Shown here: piece after piece, positions 9,619-18,737 of the stretch
How positions within the stretch are numbered: the stretch's first letter is position 1
Layout of the letters: the number at the start of each line of letters is the position of its first letter
Assembly (NCBI GenBank): GCA_003670735.1
Contig: QWQU01000002.1
Coordinates: 1 to 59,058, forward strand
DNA: 59,058 nt
Direction of reading: 5' to 3'
Origin: Chloroflexota bacterium
GTDB lineage: Bacteria; Chloroflexota; Dehalococcoidia; UBA2979
The notes under the pieces: generated by a model
Told to the model about the DNA's origin: nothing
What the model saw: the letters and a program-made list of their open reading frames with translations, nothing else
Databases searched by the model: none
Translations under genes and position numbers: made by a program

Positions 9619-11793
9619 TCAGCTGCGCGGCGCGGGCTCGCCGAAGACTGCCTTATCCAGCAGCTCGGCGATGTCGAACGCGCGCATCCGACCTTCTTCC
9701 TGCGGCTGCACCGCAGGTATTCCATCTTCGAACATCTGGATGCAGAAGGGACAGTTAGAAATAACGCTTGTCGCGCCGGTTTCCACAGCTTCCTCAGTGC
9801 GGACGTGATTCACGCGCCGCGCACCGACCTCTTCCTGCCACATGTTGCCGCCGCCCGCGCCACAGCACAGGCCCCGGCTCATGTTCCGCTTCATCTCTGT
9901 CACGTTCGTGCCCGGAATGAAGTCGAGGATCTGACGTGGCGCGTCGTACACCCCGTTGAGGCGTCCGAGGTAGCACGAGTCGTGGTACGTGACATCGCTC
10001 GCCACCGGGTGCGCCGCCTTGAGCTTGCCGCCCTGCAGCGCCTGCGCCAGGAACTCGGTGTGGTGCAGCACCTCGAAGTTGCCGTCGAACTGCGGGTACT
10101 CGTTCTTGAAGGTATTGAAGCAGTGCGGGCAGTTCGTGATCACGCGCTGCACGTTCTTCGACTTGAAGGTCTCGACGAGTTGCTGCGCGAGGATCTGGTA
10201 CAGGTACTCGTTCCCGAGGCGGCGCGCCGGGTCGCCGTTGCACGTCTCTTCCTGGCCGAGCACACCGAATGACGTGCCGGCCTCACGCAGCAGCTTGAAC
10301 ACCGACTGCGTGACGGGCAGGTTCCGCTCCACGAGCGATCCGGAGCAGCCCACCCAGTACAGGTACTCCTGCGAGCCGTCGAAGATCGGCACGTCGCCGA
10401 GACCTTCCATCCACGTCGTGCGCGTGAACGTCGTGCCGCGCCACGGGTGACCGCGCTGCTCGAGGTTTTCGAGCGCTGCCTGCGCCGTCGCCGGCACACG
10501 CGCCTCGTCCATGACGAGGTAGCGGCGCATATCCACGATCGTCGGGACGTGCTCGATCATCACCGGGCATTCCTGCACGCAGGCGCCACAGGTGCGGCAG
10601 GCCCACAGCGTTTCGTCCTTGATCACCTCGCCGACCATCGCCAGCGGCGAGACGGCGCGCACGTCGTGACCTTCGTGTCCGGCCTTCTGAACCGCCGGCC
10701 CCACGTCCGCGAGGTGCAGCTTCAGATCCTGAATCAGGTGCATCGGCGACAGCGGTTGGCCGGCGATGTTCGCCGGGCAGACCGCGGTGCAGCGCCCACA
10801 GCGCACGCACGCGTCCAGCTCGAACAACTGCTTCCAGGTGAAGTCCTGGATCTGGCCGACACCAAAGACCTCACGCTCTTCGATGTTCTCGATCTTCGTG
10901 AGGCGGCCCGGTGAGTCGGTGCGCAGCAGGTACGCGTTGATCGGCGCGAAGAAGATGTGATCGAGCTTCGTGAACACGATCAGCCCGAGCCAACCCATCG
11001 CCGCCACGAGGTGGCCCCACCACACCCAGGTGTGCGCGGCCAGCAGCTGGTGCTCCTCGAACTTGAACATGTCGAGGCCGAGCGCGAGTCCGTACGAGGC
11101 GAACGACCACGGCGCCCAGTCCGGGTGCTGGTGCAGCTCGTCAGCCGTGATCCGCAGCGTCTCGAGCGCGAATCCGCTTAGCAGGATGACGCCGAGCCCC
11201 CAGATGATCAGGTGGTCTTCGAGGCGCTCAGCCCAGCGAATGCGGTGGAAGTCGTCGAAGTAGCGGCGGTACAGCGCCATCCCGACGCCAACCAGGCCAA
11301 CCACACCGAACAGATCGCCGTAGAAGGAGAAGAAGAGGTAGTACGGCCCCTTCAGGAAGTGCAGTCCCAGGTCGTCGTCGATCGCGACCTGCGCCGTCAC
11401 GAACGTCAGCACCACGATCGAGGAGAAGATGCACCAGTGCATGATCCCCGCGTAGCGATCGCGGCGGATCTTTTCCTGCGCCAGTCCCAGTCGTACGAAG
11501 TGTGTGAGGCGCTTGGTGATCTGCTCGCGCAGACCCGGCGTGGGCTGCCCGATCGCCCACAGCGTGGCGTGTCGGCCAATGCCGTAGACCATCAATCCGG
11601 TCAGCACCGAGAGCATGACGTACACAGCCCAGGGCTGCTGCACGTTGAAGAAGATCTCGCGAGTCGCTCCGGTGCGGTCGAGCTCGAACGCCGTGACCAG
11701 CCCGAAGACGGAGGCCCCCACGGCGGGGGCCCACCATCCACCAACCACTCGCGCGCGGGATGACGCCGGCCGTTCCGGCTGTGTGGTGTTCAT
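9619..11793 (-). CDS. membrane-bound Fe-S oxidoreductase (NarI/DsrM-like heme-b membrane domain + 2x[4Fe-4S] + CCG domains), EtfD-like
   Basis: 724 aa. The N-terminal multi-TM region has conserved His residues. Two ferredoxin motifs are present (CVRCGRCTAVCP and CRTCGACVQECP). CCG-type Cys clusters follow (..NCPHCFNTF.., ..CCGAGGG.., ..SNCPFC..). It lies adjacent to etfBA, like mycobacterial EtfD (Rv0338c)-type proteins. Confidence 0.75.
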   Translation of the reverse strand: MNTTQPERPASSRARVVGGWWAPAVGASVFGLVTAFELDRTGATREIFFNVQQPWAVYVMLSVLTGLMVYGIGRHATLWAIGQPTPGLREQITKRLTHFVRLGLAQEKIRRDRYAGIMHWCIFSSIVVLTFVTAQVAIDDDLGLHFLKGPYYLFFSFYGDLFGVVGLVGVGMALYRRYFDDFHRIRWAERLEDHLIIWGLGVILLSGFALETLRITADELHQHPDWAPWSFASYGLALGLDMFKFEEHQLLAAHTWVWWGHLVAAMGWLGLIVFTKLDHIFFAPINAYLLRTDSPGRLTKIENIEEREVFGVGQIQDFTWKQLFELDACVRCGRCTAVCPANIAGQPLSPMHLIQDLKLHLADVGPAVQKAGHEGHDVRAVSPLAMVGEVIKDETLWACRTCGACVQECPVMIEHVPTIVDMRRYLVMDEARVPATAQAALENLEQRGHPWRGTTFTRTTWMEGLGDVPIFDGSQEYLYWVGCSGSLVERNLPVTQSVFKLLREAGTSFGVLGQEETCNGDPARRLGNEYLYQILAQQLVETFKSKNVQRVITNCPHCFNTFKNEYPQFDGNFEVLHHTEFLAQALQGGKLKAAHPVASDVTYHDSCYLGRLNGVYDAPRQILDFIPGTNVTEMKRNMSRGLCCGAGGGNMWQEEVGARRVNHVRTEEAVETGATSVISNCPFCIQMFEDGIPAVQPQEEGRMRAFDIAELLDKAVFGEPAPRS

Positions 11794-11809
11794 CCCGCGC
11801 GCCAGTTAC

Positions 11810-13381
11810 TTACGCCTGAGCCGTGGTCGGCTGACCGTAGTCCCGACGCAGGTCGGTCTTCAGGATCTTGCCGAGGTGGTTGCGGGGGAACTCGTTCACC
11901 CACTGGTAGAGCGCCGGCGCCTTGTAGGACGCGATGCGCGACTTCACGTAGGTGGTCAGCTCGTCCTCAGTCGGCTTGTTGGCCGGGTCGGCGGCCACGA
12001 GGATCGCCTTCACGACCTCGCCCCACTCGATGTCCGGCACGCCGATGATCGCCGCCTCGGCAATGCCGGGGTGGTCCTCAAGCACGTTCTCAATCTCACC
12101 GGCAGAGATGTTCTCGCCACCGCGGATGATCAGGTCCTTGAGGCGGCCGGTGATGAAGAGGTAGCCGTCCTCGTCGATCTTGCCGAGGTCACCGGTGTGC
12201 AGCCAGCCGTCCGAGATTGCCGCCGCGGTGTCGGCCTCGCGCTTCTGGTAGCCCTTCATGATCCGGTCGCCGGCGATGCAGATCTCGCCCTCTTCGCCCT
12301 GCGGCAGCTCGTGGCCGTCCACAGCGAGGATGCCGACCTTGATGTCCGGCATCACGCGACCGACCGAGCGGAGACGAGCGATCTTCTTCTCGTTCTCCTC
12401 GGGCGTGCCATCCAGGCGGTGGTCGTCCGGGCCGAGGTACGAAATCGTCGAGGTCGACTCAGTCTGGCCGAATGCGTTCATCAGGCCACACGTGAACACG
12501 TCGATCGCATGGCGCACCACCTCGAACGGCATCGGGGCCGCACCGTAGGTGATGAGCTGCAGCGAGGAGATGTCGTACTTCGCGAAGTCGTCGACTTCCA
12601 TGATGCGCTTCAGCATCGTGGGCACGACCATCGAGTGCGTGACCTTTTCCTTCTCGACCATCTGCAGCCAGCCAGACGGGTCGAACGCCGGAAGAATCGT
12701 CAGCTGACGGCCCGACCAGATCGAGCCGAGCATCGTGGTCGCACCGGCGATGTGGAACAGCGGCACGGAGACCAGCGTCACGTCCTGCACGGCCGACGGG
12801 TCAGCCGGCGACTGCGTGTTCACGACGTATGCCGTGAGCGCCTTGTGCGAGAGCTCTACACCCTTCGGCAGCGAGGTCGTGCCGGAGGTGTAGATCACGA
12901 TCGCCGCGTCGTCGTCGTCCACATCGGTGAAGACCGGGATGTCCTCGCCCTTGCTGCGGAGCTGGTCGAACGTCTCAAGGCCGTCCGTCGCGAAGTCCAG
13001 CGTGAAGACGTGCTCGATCTTCGGCAGGTTCGCCTTGATCTCCTGGAGCAGCGGGTAGTAGCGCTCCGACACGAACAGCACGTTCACGTCGGAAGCGTCA
13101 CACATGTACTGCAGCTCTTCCGGCTTCGCGCGGAAGTTCAGCGGTACGAAGGTCGCGCCGACCGCAGCCGTCGCGTAGTAGAGCTCGACGAACTTGGCGG
13201 AGTTCACCGCCATGATGCCGACGTTCTGACCCTTGCCGACGCCCATGCCCTGCAGCGCATTCGCCAGCTTGTTGGCGCGCGTCTGGAGCTCGGCGTACGT
13301 GACACGCTCGTCTGGGTCGACCAGCGCCGTGCGGTCCGGCACCGAGGCACCGGAGATCATCAAGATTTCAGCCGTGTTCAC
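11810..13381 (-). CDS. AMP-dependent acyl-CoA synthetase (long-chain fatty acid--CoA ligase-like)
   Basis: 523 aa. The AMP-binding motif is IVIYTSGTTSLPKGVELSH. Later motifs are ..TGDLGKIDEDGYLFITGRLKDLIIRGGENI.. and ..GKILK.. Confidence 0.85.
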   Translation of the reverse strand: MNTAEILMISGASVPDRTALVDPDERVTYAELQTRANKLANALQGMGVGKGQNVGIMAVNSAKFVELYYATAAVGATFVPLNFRAKPEELQYMCDASDVNVLFVSERYYPLLQEIKANLPKIEHVFTLDFATDGLETFDQLRSKGEDIPVFTDVDDDDAAIVIYTSGTTSLPKGVELSHKALTAYVVNTQSPADPSAVQDVTLVSVPLFHIAGATTMLGSIWSGRQLTILPAFDPSGWLQMVEKEKVTHSMVVPTMLKRIMEVDDFAKYDISSLQLITYGAAPMPFEVVRHAIDVFTCGLMNAFGQTESTSTISYLGPDDHRLDGTPEENEKKIARLRSVGRVMPDIKVGILAVDGHELPQGEEGEICIAGDRIMKGYQKREADTAAAISDGWLHTGDLGKIDEDGYLFITGRLKDLIIRGGENISAGEIENVLEDHPGIAEAAIIGVPDIEWGEVVKAILVAADPANKPTEDELTTYVKSRIASYKAPALYQWVNEFPRNHLGKILKTDLRRDYGQPTTAQA

Positions 13382-13424
13382 TCGCTGGTTTCCCCTCTGG
13401 CGGCTTTCGCCGTCTGCTCACTGC

Positions 13425-13802
13425 CTACCCTCGAGGGAACGCCAGCAGGCGTCCCTTGTCCTCTGCCTGCACGCGCACCGACTGGAGATGCAGGCCATCG
13501 CCTGCCAGCCCGTGCCCGTCAAGGTCATACATCGACCCGGTGCAACGGTCGAAGAAGCGCCCCCTCGGCATTCCACCCGACTCGTCACCGAGATCCGGGC
13601 GGAACGACACCAGGCACACTGCTCGACCGGGCGGATTATGCGGATCGACGTCCGAAAACGCTACGACCCCACCGTCCGAGCGCCGCACCACCAGCACACC
13701 GTCCGTACTCCGGTAGGTCACCGAGCCCGGCGCATAGAGCGACACGTTCCCGAGATCGACCGAGCCCGCGTTCTGCCGCATCAGCAGCGTCCCGATGGCC
13801 AC
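13425..13802 (-). CDS. hypothetical protein with degenerate Rieske-like motif; start codon unresolved
   Basis: The track ORF starts at GTG 13802, inside what translates as a TM helix. The frame is open upstream to 13925 (..RPGCLIGFAAFALGALIVVAIGTLLM..) with no ATG/GTG/TTG. The C-terminal ..VVAFSDVDPHNPP..FFDRCTGSMYDLDGHGLAG.. is Rieske-shaped but lacks most cluster ligands. It is a paralog of 14017..14544. Confidence 0.4.
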   Translation of the reverse strand: MAIGTLLMRQNAGSVDLGNVSLYAPGSVTYRSTDGVLVVRRSDGGVVAFSDVDPHNPPGRAVCLVSFRPDLGDESGGMPRGRFFDRCTGSMYDLDGHGLAGDGLHLQSVRVQAEDKGRLLAFPRG

Positions 13803-14016
13803 GACGATGAGCGCCCCCAGCGCAAAGGCGGCAAACCCAATCAGGCAGCCCGGGCGTGTGCTCGGAAGGCCCGCATTCGGGTCGCGAGAGTCGGCAGCAG
13901 CAAGTCCGTCGGATGCGATGCGCGCCTACTCCCGTGGAAGCGGCCACATCATAATGAACGTCCGCCACGCTCGCTAGCCGATCGGTGTCTCAGTTTGCGT
14001 GAGCGGTATCCGCCGC

Positions 14017-14544
14017 CTACTTCGAGGGGGTCCGGGGCGTGGGGTGCCGGTCCCCGATCACCTCAACCTGAACGTGCTTCGAGCCGTCCGAGGCCGTCGA
14101 CTGCATCACGATGAACGTCCGCAGCGACGAATCCGTGCCCGACAGCCCGTCCCCATCGGCCGCCCAGACAGCCCCCGAGCATGGATCGACATAGACCCCG
14201 GGCTGCTGACGCGGGTTCCGCGCAGCGCCTCGAGGGTCATCCGGGCGGTACTCGACCGTGCACCCGTTGGCCTTCACCACGCCGTCGAGCGCTCGCAGCT
14301 GGCCGTCTTCCATACCGATCAGATAGATGTTCGGCTCCGGGAAGGCGACAACCTTCCCAATCGTGAAGCTCGACTCCGGACCGGCGTCGAATAGCTGCGA
14401 CTCGAATGTCTCCGGGAACAGCGTTCCCCAGATCACCCCGGCGACCCCAAACACCAGCGTCGCCGCCGCACCGAGCAGCACGAGGCGACCATTGGTCGGT
14501 CGGTACCACGGCAATCGCTGCGTCGGCTGCGTCATCGTCGCCAT
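14017..14544 (-). CDS. membrane-anchored hypothetical protein, paralog of 13425..13802 (degenerate Rieske-like)
   Basis: I place the start at ATG 14544 (MATMTQPTQRLPWYRPTNGRLVLLGAAATLVFGVAGVIWG, a single TM). This avoids overlap with the upstream hydratase stop at 14558. The motif ..VYVDPCSGAVWAADGDGLSG.. parallels ..FFDRCTGSMYDLDGHGLAG.. in the neighbour. Confidence 0.5.
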   Translation of the reverse strand: MATMTQPTQRLPWYRPTNGRLVLLGAAATLVFGVAGVIWGTLFPETFESQLFDAGPESSFTIGKVVAFPEPNIYLIGMEDGQLRALDGVVKANGCTVEYRPDDPRGAARNPRQQPGVYVDPCSGAVWAADGDGLSGTDSSLRTFIVMQSTASDGSKHVQVEVIGDRHPTPRTPSK

Positions 14545-14557
14545 CCTCGCCTGCCCC

Positions 14558-15292
14558 TTACCCGCGCTCCGCTGCCGCCCGCACCGCGAGCCGGCGCTCC
14601 AGCGCGAGCCCATCAGCCAGCGGCAGCCCCGCGCCGTCCAAGACCGCGCGCTTCGTGGCACGCACCGCTGCCGGGTCCATCGAGGCGATCGCCTCGGCCC
14701 AGCCGCGTGCCGTGTCGATCAGATGGGAACGCGGCACGACCGCATGCACAAGCCCGATCCGTAATGCCTCGGCGGCATCGATCGGCTCTCCGCTCGTCGT
14801 CAGCCGCATCGCGTCACCTCGAGGCAGGTACGCGGCCGCGAGCTGCGTCCCGCCCGCCGAGGGGATGTAGCCAAGCTTCACCTCGGGCAGCGCGAACGTC
14901 GCGTCCTCGCTCGCCACCCGCAGGTCGCAGTACAACGACATCTCCATGCCCGCCCCGAATGCGAAGCCCTGGATCGCGGCGATGATCGGCACGTCCAGCG
15001 CCGCCATCACCCCCCACACGTCACGCTCGAGGCGCGCCCGGCGCGAGTCGATATACGACGGCGCGGTGCCGAACTCGGTGATATCGGCCCCAGCCGAGAA
15101 CGCCCGCTCACCGGAGCCGTGAATCACGCACGCGCGAATCGAGGGGTCATCGCGCAGCAGGCACAGCTGTGCCCACAGCTCGTCGCGCATCGCCATGCTC
15201 ACGGCATTGAGCCGCGTTGGGCGATGCAGCGTCAGCCAGAGCACGTCCCCCGAGCGCTCGGCGAGGATATACGGGGGACGGTCGTCGTTCAT
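14558..15292 (-). CDS. enoyl-CoA hydratase/isomerase (crotonase) family
   Basis: 244 aa. The region ..LNAVSMAMRDEL.. RACVIHGSGERAFSAGADITEF.. IIAAIQGFAFGAGMEMSLYCDLRVA.. shows the crotonase oxyanion-hole motifs. Confidence 0.85.
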   Translation of the reverse strand: MNDDRPPYILAERSGDVLWLTLHRPTRLNAVSMAMRDELWAQLCLLRDDPSIRACVIHGSGERAFSAGADITEFGTAPSYIDSRRARLERDVWGVMAALDVPIIAAIQGFAFGAGMEMSLYCDLRVASEDATFALPEVKLGYIPSAGGTQLAAAYLPRGDAMRLTTSGEPIDAAEALRIGLVHAVVPRSHLIDTARGWAEAIASMDPAAVRATKRAVLDGAGLPLADGLALERRLAVRAAAERG

Positions 15293-15302
15293 TGCCGAGC
15301 GA

Positions 15303-15539
15303 CTAGACCCAGTCCGGCTTCACGATCTCGCGCGCCTCGCGGTTCTCGTGCGCCTGCGCGAGATCCGCGTTCGCCTTCTCGGTCAGCAGCTGCATATCGG
15401 CAGTGGCACGCATGCCGTCCTGCCGCCAGCGACGCAGCGCAGCCTTGTCGGTGCGCGACAGCCCCTTCAGCTCCGAGAGCGGCCCCACGACCGCGTCGAG
15501 CATCGCCTGCACTTCTTCGAGCGAGAATTCGACCTTCAT
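15303..15539 (-). CDS. small hypothetical protein (78 aa), tandem paralog A
   Basis: MKVEFSLEEVQAMLDAVVGPLSELKGLSRTDKAALRRWRQ.. aligns with the N-terminus of the upstream 86-aa ORF. Its start overlaps that ORF's stop by 1 nt (TAATG). Confidence 0.5.
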   Translation of the reverse strand: MKVEFSLEEVQAMLDAVVGPLSELKGLSRTDKAALRRWRQDGMRATADMQLLTEKANADLAQAHENREAREIVKPDWV

Positions 15540-15799
15540 TACCGGCCCTCCGTCTCGCTCACGTACAGCCCACCGCGCAGGCGGAGCCGGCGCTGCGTCT
15601 TCTCGTCGATGTGGTTCCCCAGTGCCTCGTTCAGCGACACCGTGAAGTCATCGAGCTCCTTCGTGCCGGGCGCGCGGTTGGTCCGCCACGCCTTGATCGC
15701 GGTCTGCGCCTCCGCCGACAGCTCGACGCCATCGAGAACGCTCCCCGTCATGCGCACCAGCAATGCGTGCGCCTCCTCCAGGTTCAACAGGACGTTCAT
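15539..15799 (-). CDS. small hypothetical protein (86 aa), tandem paralog B
   Basis: MNVLLNLEEAHALLVRMTGSVLDGVELSAEAQTAIKAWRT.. shares M-x-V-x-x-x-LEE-x-x-A-x-L ... LS ... A-(L/I)-(R/K)-x-WR with the downstream 78-aa ORF. Confidence 0.5.
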   Translation of the reverse strand: MNVLLNLEEAHALLVRMTGSVLDGVELSAEAQTAIKAWRTNRAPGTKELDDFTVSLNEALGNHIDEKTQRRLRLRGGLYVSETEGR

Positions 15800-15819
15800 G
15801 CGGCTTCCCCCCGTACCGT

Positions 15820-16593
15820 TTAACGACCAGTGAAGTGCGGCTCGCGCCGCTCTACGAACGCCTGCACGCCCTCGGCCCGGTCAGCCGTGGACTGCAGGAT
15901 CACCGTCATATCGAGTTCCGCCCGCAGCCCCTGCTGCAGCGGCAGATCCGCGCCACGCGCAATCGCCTCTTTGGCGTAGCGCGTCGCGATCGGCCCCTTC
16001 ACCGCGATCGCCTGCGCGATCGCGTGCGCTGCGGCCTCGTGCTCGCCTACAGGTACGACGCGCGAGACCAGTCCGATCCGCAGCGCCTCCTGTGCATCGA
16101 CCTCGTCGCCTGTGAGCAGCATCCGCATCGCGTGCGCGCGCCCCACAGCGCGCGGCAGCCGCTGCGTCCCGCCACCCATCGCGACCAGCCCCAGTCCGGT
16201 CTCCGGCATCGCAAACGAGGCGTCCGAGGCGCAGACGCGCACGTCGCACGCCAGCGCCAGCTCAAGGCCAACCGAGTGCGCGCCACCCACCACCGCCGCG
16301 ATCGTCGGCTGCGGCACCCCCGCCAGCGCCTCGAGCGCCGCGCCCGGCGCGGAGGCCCATGGCGTCGCCCCATCTGCGAGCATCGAGTCGTCCCAGCGCG
16401 AGGCGAATCCGTCCGCGCCATCGGTGCACGTCACCACCACCGCATAGACCTCGTCGATCGCGTCGTGCAGCGCCTCGCACTGCCCCGCGAGGGCGTCAAG
16501 GAACGCACGCGACACGCCGCCCTCGGGCACGGCCAGTCGCAGCGAAGCGATGTGCTCAGTGATGGTGATCAAGGTGTACGGGGCAGTCGGCAC
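15820..16593 (-). CDS. enoyl-CoA hydratase/isomerase (crotonase) family
   Basis: 257 aa. ..TIAAVVGGAHSVGLELALACDVRVCASDASFAMPETGLGLVAMGGGTQRLPR.. is the crotonase core. Confidence 0.85.
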   Translation of the reverse strand: MPTAPYTLITITEHIASLRLAVPEGGVSRAFLDALAGQCEALHDAIDEVYAVVVTCTDGADGFASRWDDSMLADGATPWASAPGAALEALAGVPQPTIAAVVGGAHSVGLELALACDVRVCASDASFAMPETGLGLVAMGGGTQRLPRAVGRAHAMRMLLTGDEVDAQEALRIGLVSRVVPVGEHEAAAHAIAQAIAVKGPIATRYAKEAIARGADLPLQQGLRAELDMTVILQSTADRAEGVQAFVERREPHFTGR

Positions 16594-16721
16594 GCCAGAC
16601 CTCGATGTGTCAGTCCCAACAGGCGGAAAGCGGCGGGATCGTAGGGGCGGCCCGCTCAGCCCGTCAAACCTCGCACCCCCTGCCCGCGATACGCTGCCGC
16701 CAGGAGATCGGGAGATCAGCG

Positions 16722-17435
16722 ATGCAGTGGCACGAGGTATCTGAGCAGCCAGCCCGTGTGCGCGTGCGCGACTTCACCTTCGAGTTCGCCGGCCACACGA
16801 TCCCCGGACGACTCTGGCTCCCGAGCGCGAACGCACCCGTCCCGCTGGTCCTGCTCGGCTACGGCAGCGGCGGCCACTCCCACGACGGCTCGCGCACCTG
16901 GCAGGCCGAGTGGTTCGCCACACACGGTGTCGCCGCCGCCTCGATCGACGTTCCCGGCCACGGACAACGAGCCGCCGAGGATGCCTCGCTCGACTACGGC
17001 CTCGTCGCTGACCAGATCGTCGCGGAGTGGACGCACGCCCTCGACCTCCTCGCCGCCCTGCCCGAACTCGACACCGCACGCGTCGCCTACCGCGGCCAGT
17101 CGATGGGCACGATGCTCGGCCTCTCCTTCGTCGCCCACGAACCGCGCGTCGTCGTCGCCTGCCTCGGCCTCGCCGACCTCAAGAACATCCCGGGCCGTTA
17201 CAGCGGCATCGGCGACCGCCTGCGTCGCGACGCCCCGGACGTCTGCTGCCCCACCCTCTTCGTCATGAACTGGGACGACGAGCTCTGCGACCGCGACTCG
17301 TCGTTCGAGCTGTTCGGCCTGCTCGGCACTGCCGAGAAGGAGCTGCGCGCCTACCCCGGCAAGCACGGCGAGATCTCATCCGAGGCCACCGAGGCTGGCC
17401 TGCAGTTCCTGCTCGACCGGCTCCAGGCCGCATAA
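16722..17435 (+). CDS. alpha/beta hydrolase (dienelactone-hydrolase-like)
   Basis: I place the start at ATG 16722 (MQWHEVSE..), preceded by ggagatcgggag. The nucleophile elbow is YRGQSMGTMLG. The track ORF starts at 16605. Confidence 0.7.
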   Translation: MQWHEVSEQPARVRVRDFTFEFAGHTIPGRLWLPSANAPVPLVLLGYGSGGHSHDGSRTWQAEWFATHGVAAASIDVPGHGQRAAEDASLDYGLVADQIVAEWTHALDLLAALPELDTARVAYRGQSMGTMLGLSFVAHEPRVVVACLGLADLKNIPGRYSGIGDRLRRDAPDVCCPTLFVMNWDDELCDRDSSFELFGLLGTAEKELRAYPGKHGEISSEATEAGLQFLLDRLQAA

Positions 17436-17514
17436 CGCCGCTCGCTGGACGGCTCGCGCGCACGCTGCGACGATCGCCCCGGAGCACACCGCTCCCGGAC
17501 TCGAGGAGCGACGC

Positions 17515-18285
17515 ATGGACCTCGGACTCACCGGACGCTCGGTCATCGTCACCGGTGCCAGCCGTGGCATCGGCTACGCCATCGCCGAGGCCTTCGCCGC
17601 CGAGGGCGCGAACGTCACCATCGCCGCTCGCACCGAGGCTCCGCTGCTCGAGGCACGCGACCGCCTCACCGCCGCCTACCCGGGCGCCAAGATCCAGGCC
17701 GTCACCGGCGACACCACTAGCGCCGCCGACTGCGAGCGCCTCATCAACGCCGCCGTCGAGGCATACGGTGGCCTCGACGCCCTCGTGAACAACGCCGGCG
17801 GCAGTCAGCGTTCCGACGATTTCGACACGCGTTGGCAGGGCACCTTCGAAGCCAACGTGCGCAGCGTCGCGCGCCTCTCCGTGCTCGCCCGGCCGCACCT
17901 CGCACAGGCCACCAACGGCGGCTCGATCGTCAACATCGCCTCGATCTACGGTCGCGAGAGCGGTGGGGGCGTCGAGTACAACGCGATGAAGTCCGCTGAG
18001 ATCGCGCTCTCGAAGTCCTTCGCGCTAGATTGGGCAAGCGAGGGCATTCGCGTGAACACCATCGCCCCGGGCTCGATCTCCTTCGAGGGCGGCGGCTGGT
18101 GGCGACGCACACAGGATGACCCCGACGCGATGCGCGAGTTCATCGACCGCAACATCGCCGCCGGACGCTTCGGCAAGCCGGAGGAGGTCGCCGCTGCGGT
18201 GGTCTTCCTCTCCTCGCCGCGCGCCTCGTGGATCGTCGGCGCGTCGCTCAACGTCGATGGCGGGCAGTCCCGCTCCAACATCTAG
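17515..18285 (+). CDS. SDR-family oxidoreductase
   Basis: 256 aa. The cofactor motif is VIVTGASRGIGYAIA. Further motifs are NNAG and the catalytic Y-x3-K (YNAMKSAEIALSKSFA). Confidence 0.9.
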   Translation: MDLGLTGRSVIVTGASRGIGYAIAEAFAAEGANVTIAARTEAPLLEARDRLTAAYPGAKIQAVTGDTTSAADCERLINAAVEAYGGLDALVNNAGGSQRSDDFDTRWQGTFEANVRSVARLSVLARPHLAQATNGGSIVNIASIYGRESGGGVEYNAMKSAEIALSKSFALDWASEGIRVNTIAPGSISFEGGGWWRRTQDDPDAMREFIDRNIAAGRFGKPEEVAAAVVFLSSPRASWIVGASLNVDGGQSRSNI

Positions 18286-18311
18286 TCGTTCAGAGCCGTT
18301 CGAGGACTGCG

Positions 18312-18719
18312 ATGCGTTTCAAGCGATCCGACCTGCCCGGCCTGCTCATCGCCACGGTCGTCCCGCCGCTGCTCTTCGTGCTCTTCCTGCAGTCCTTCGA
18401 TGTCTATAGCCACCGAGGCACCCCGCTGCTCGGCTTCATGGCCACGAACTTCGCAATCGCGATCGGCATCCTCGCGATGTTCACGCGCTTCGTCCGCAAC
18501 TGGGAGGTACCGATCGGCCTCTTCCTCATGCTGATCACGATGGTCGGGCTGATCATCTGGCTGCAGCGCCTCGGCTATGACGGCGGCGCCCTCTCGCTCT
18601 CGCTGAAGTGGCTCTCGATCCTCGACTTCCTCGCGCTCAACATCGCGCTCGGCTACCAGGTGCTCGTCCACGGCCTGCTGCCGGTGCTCGACCGCCGCGC
18701 CGCGCGTCGCACACAGTAA
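18312..18719 (+). CDS. small integral membrane protein (about 4 TM), function unknown
   Basis: I place the start at ATG 18312 (MRFKRSDLPGLLIATVVPPLLFVLF..). Hydrophobic segments run throughout. The track start at 18228 overlaps the SDR gene. Confidence 0.5.
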   Translation: MRFKRSDLPGLLIATVVPPLLFVLFLQSFDVYSHRGTPLLGFMATNFAIAIGILAMFTRFVRNWEVPIGLFLMLITMVGLIIWLQRLGYDGGALSLSLKWLSILDFLALNIALGYQVLVHGLLPVLDRRAARRTQ

Positions 18720-18737
18720 GAACGTGACCAACACCGA

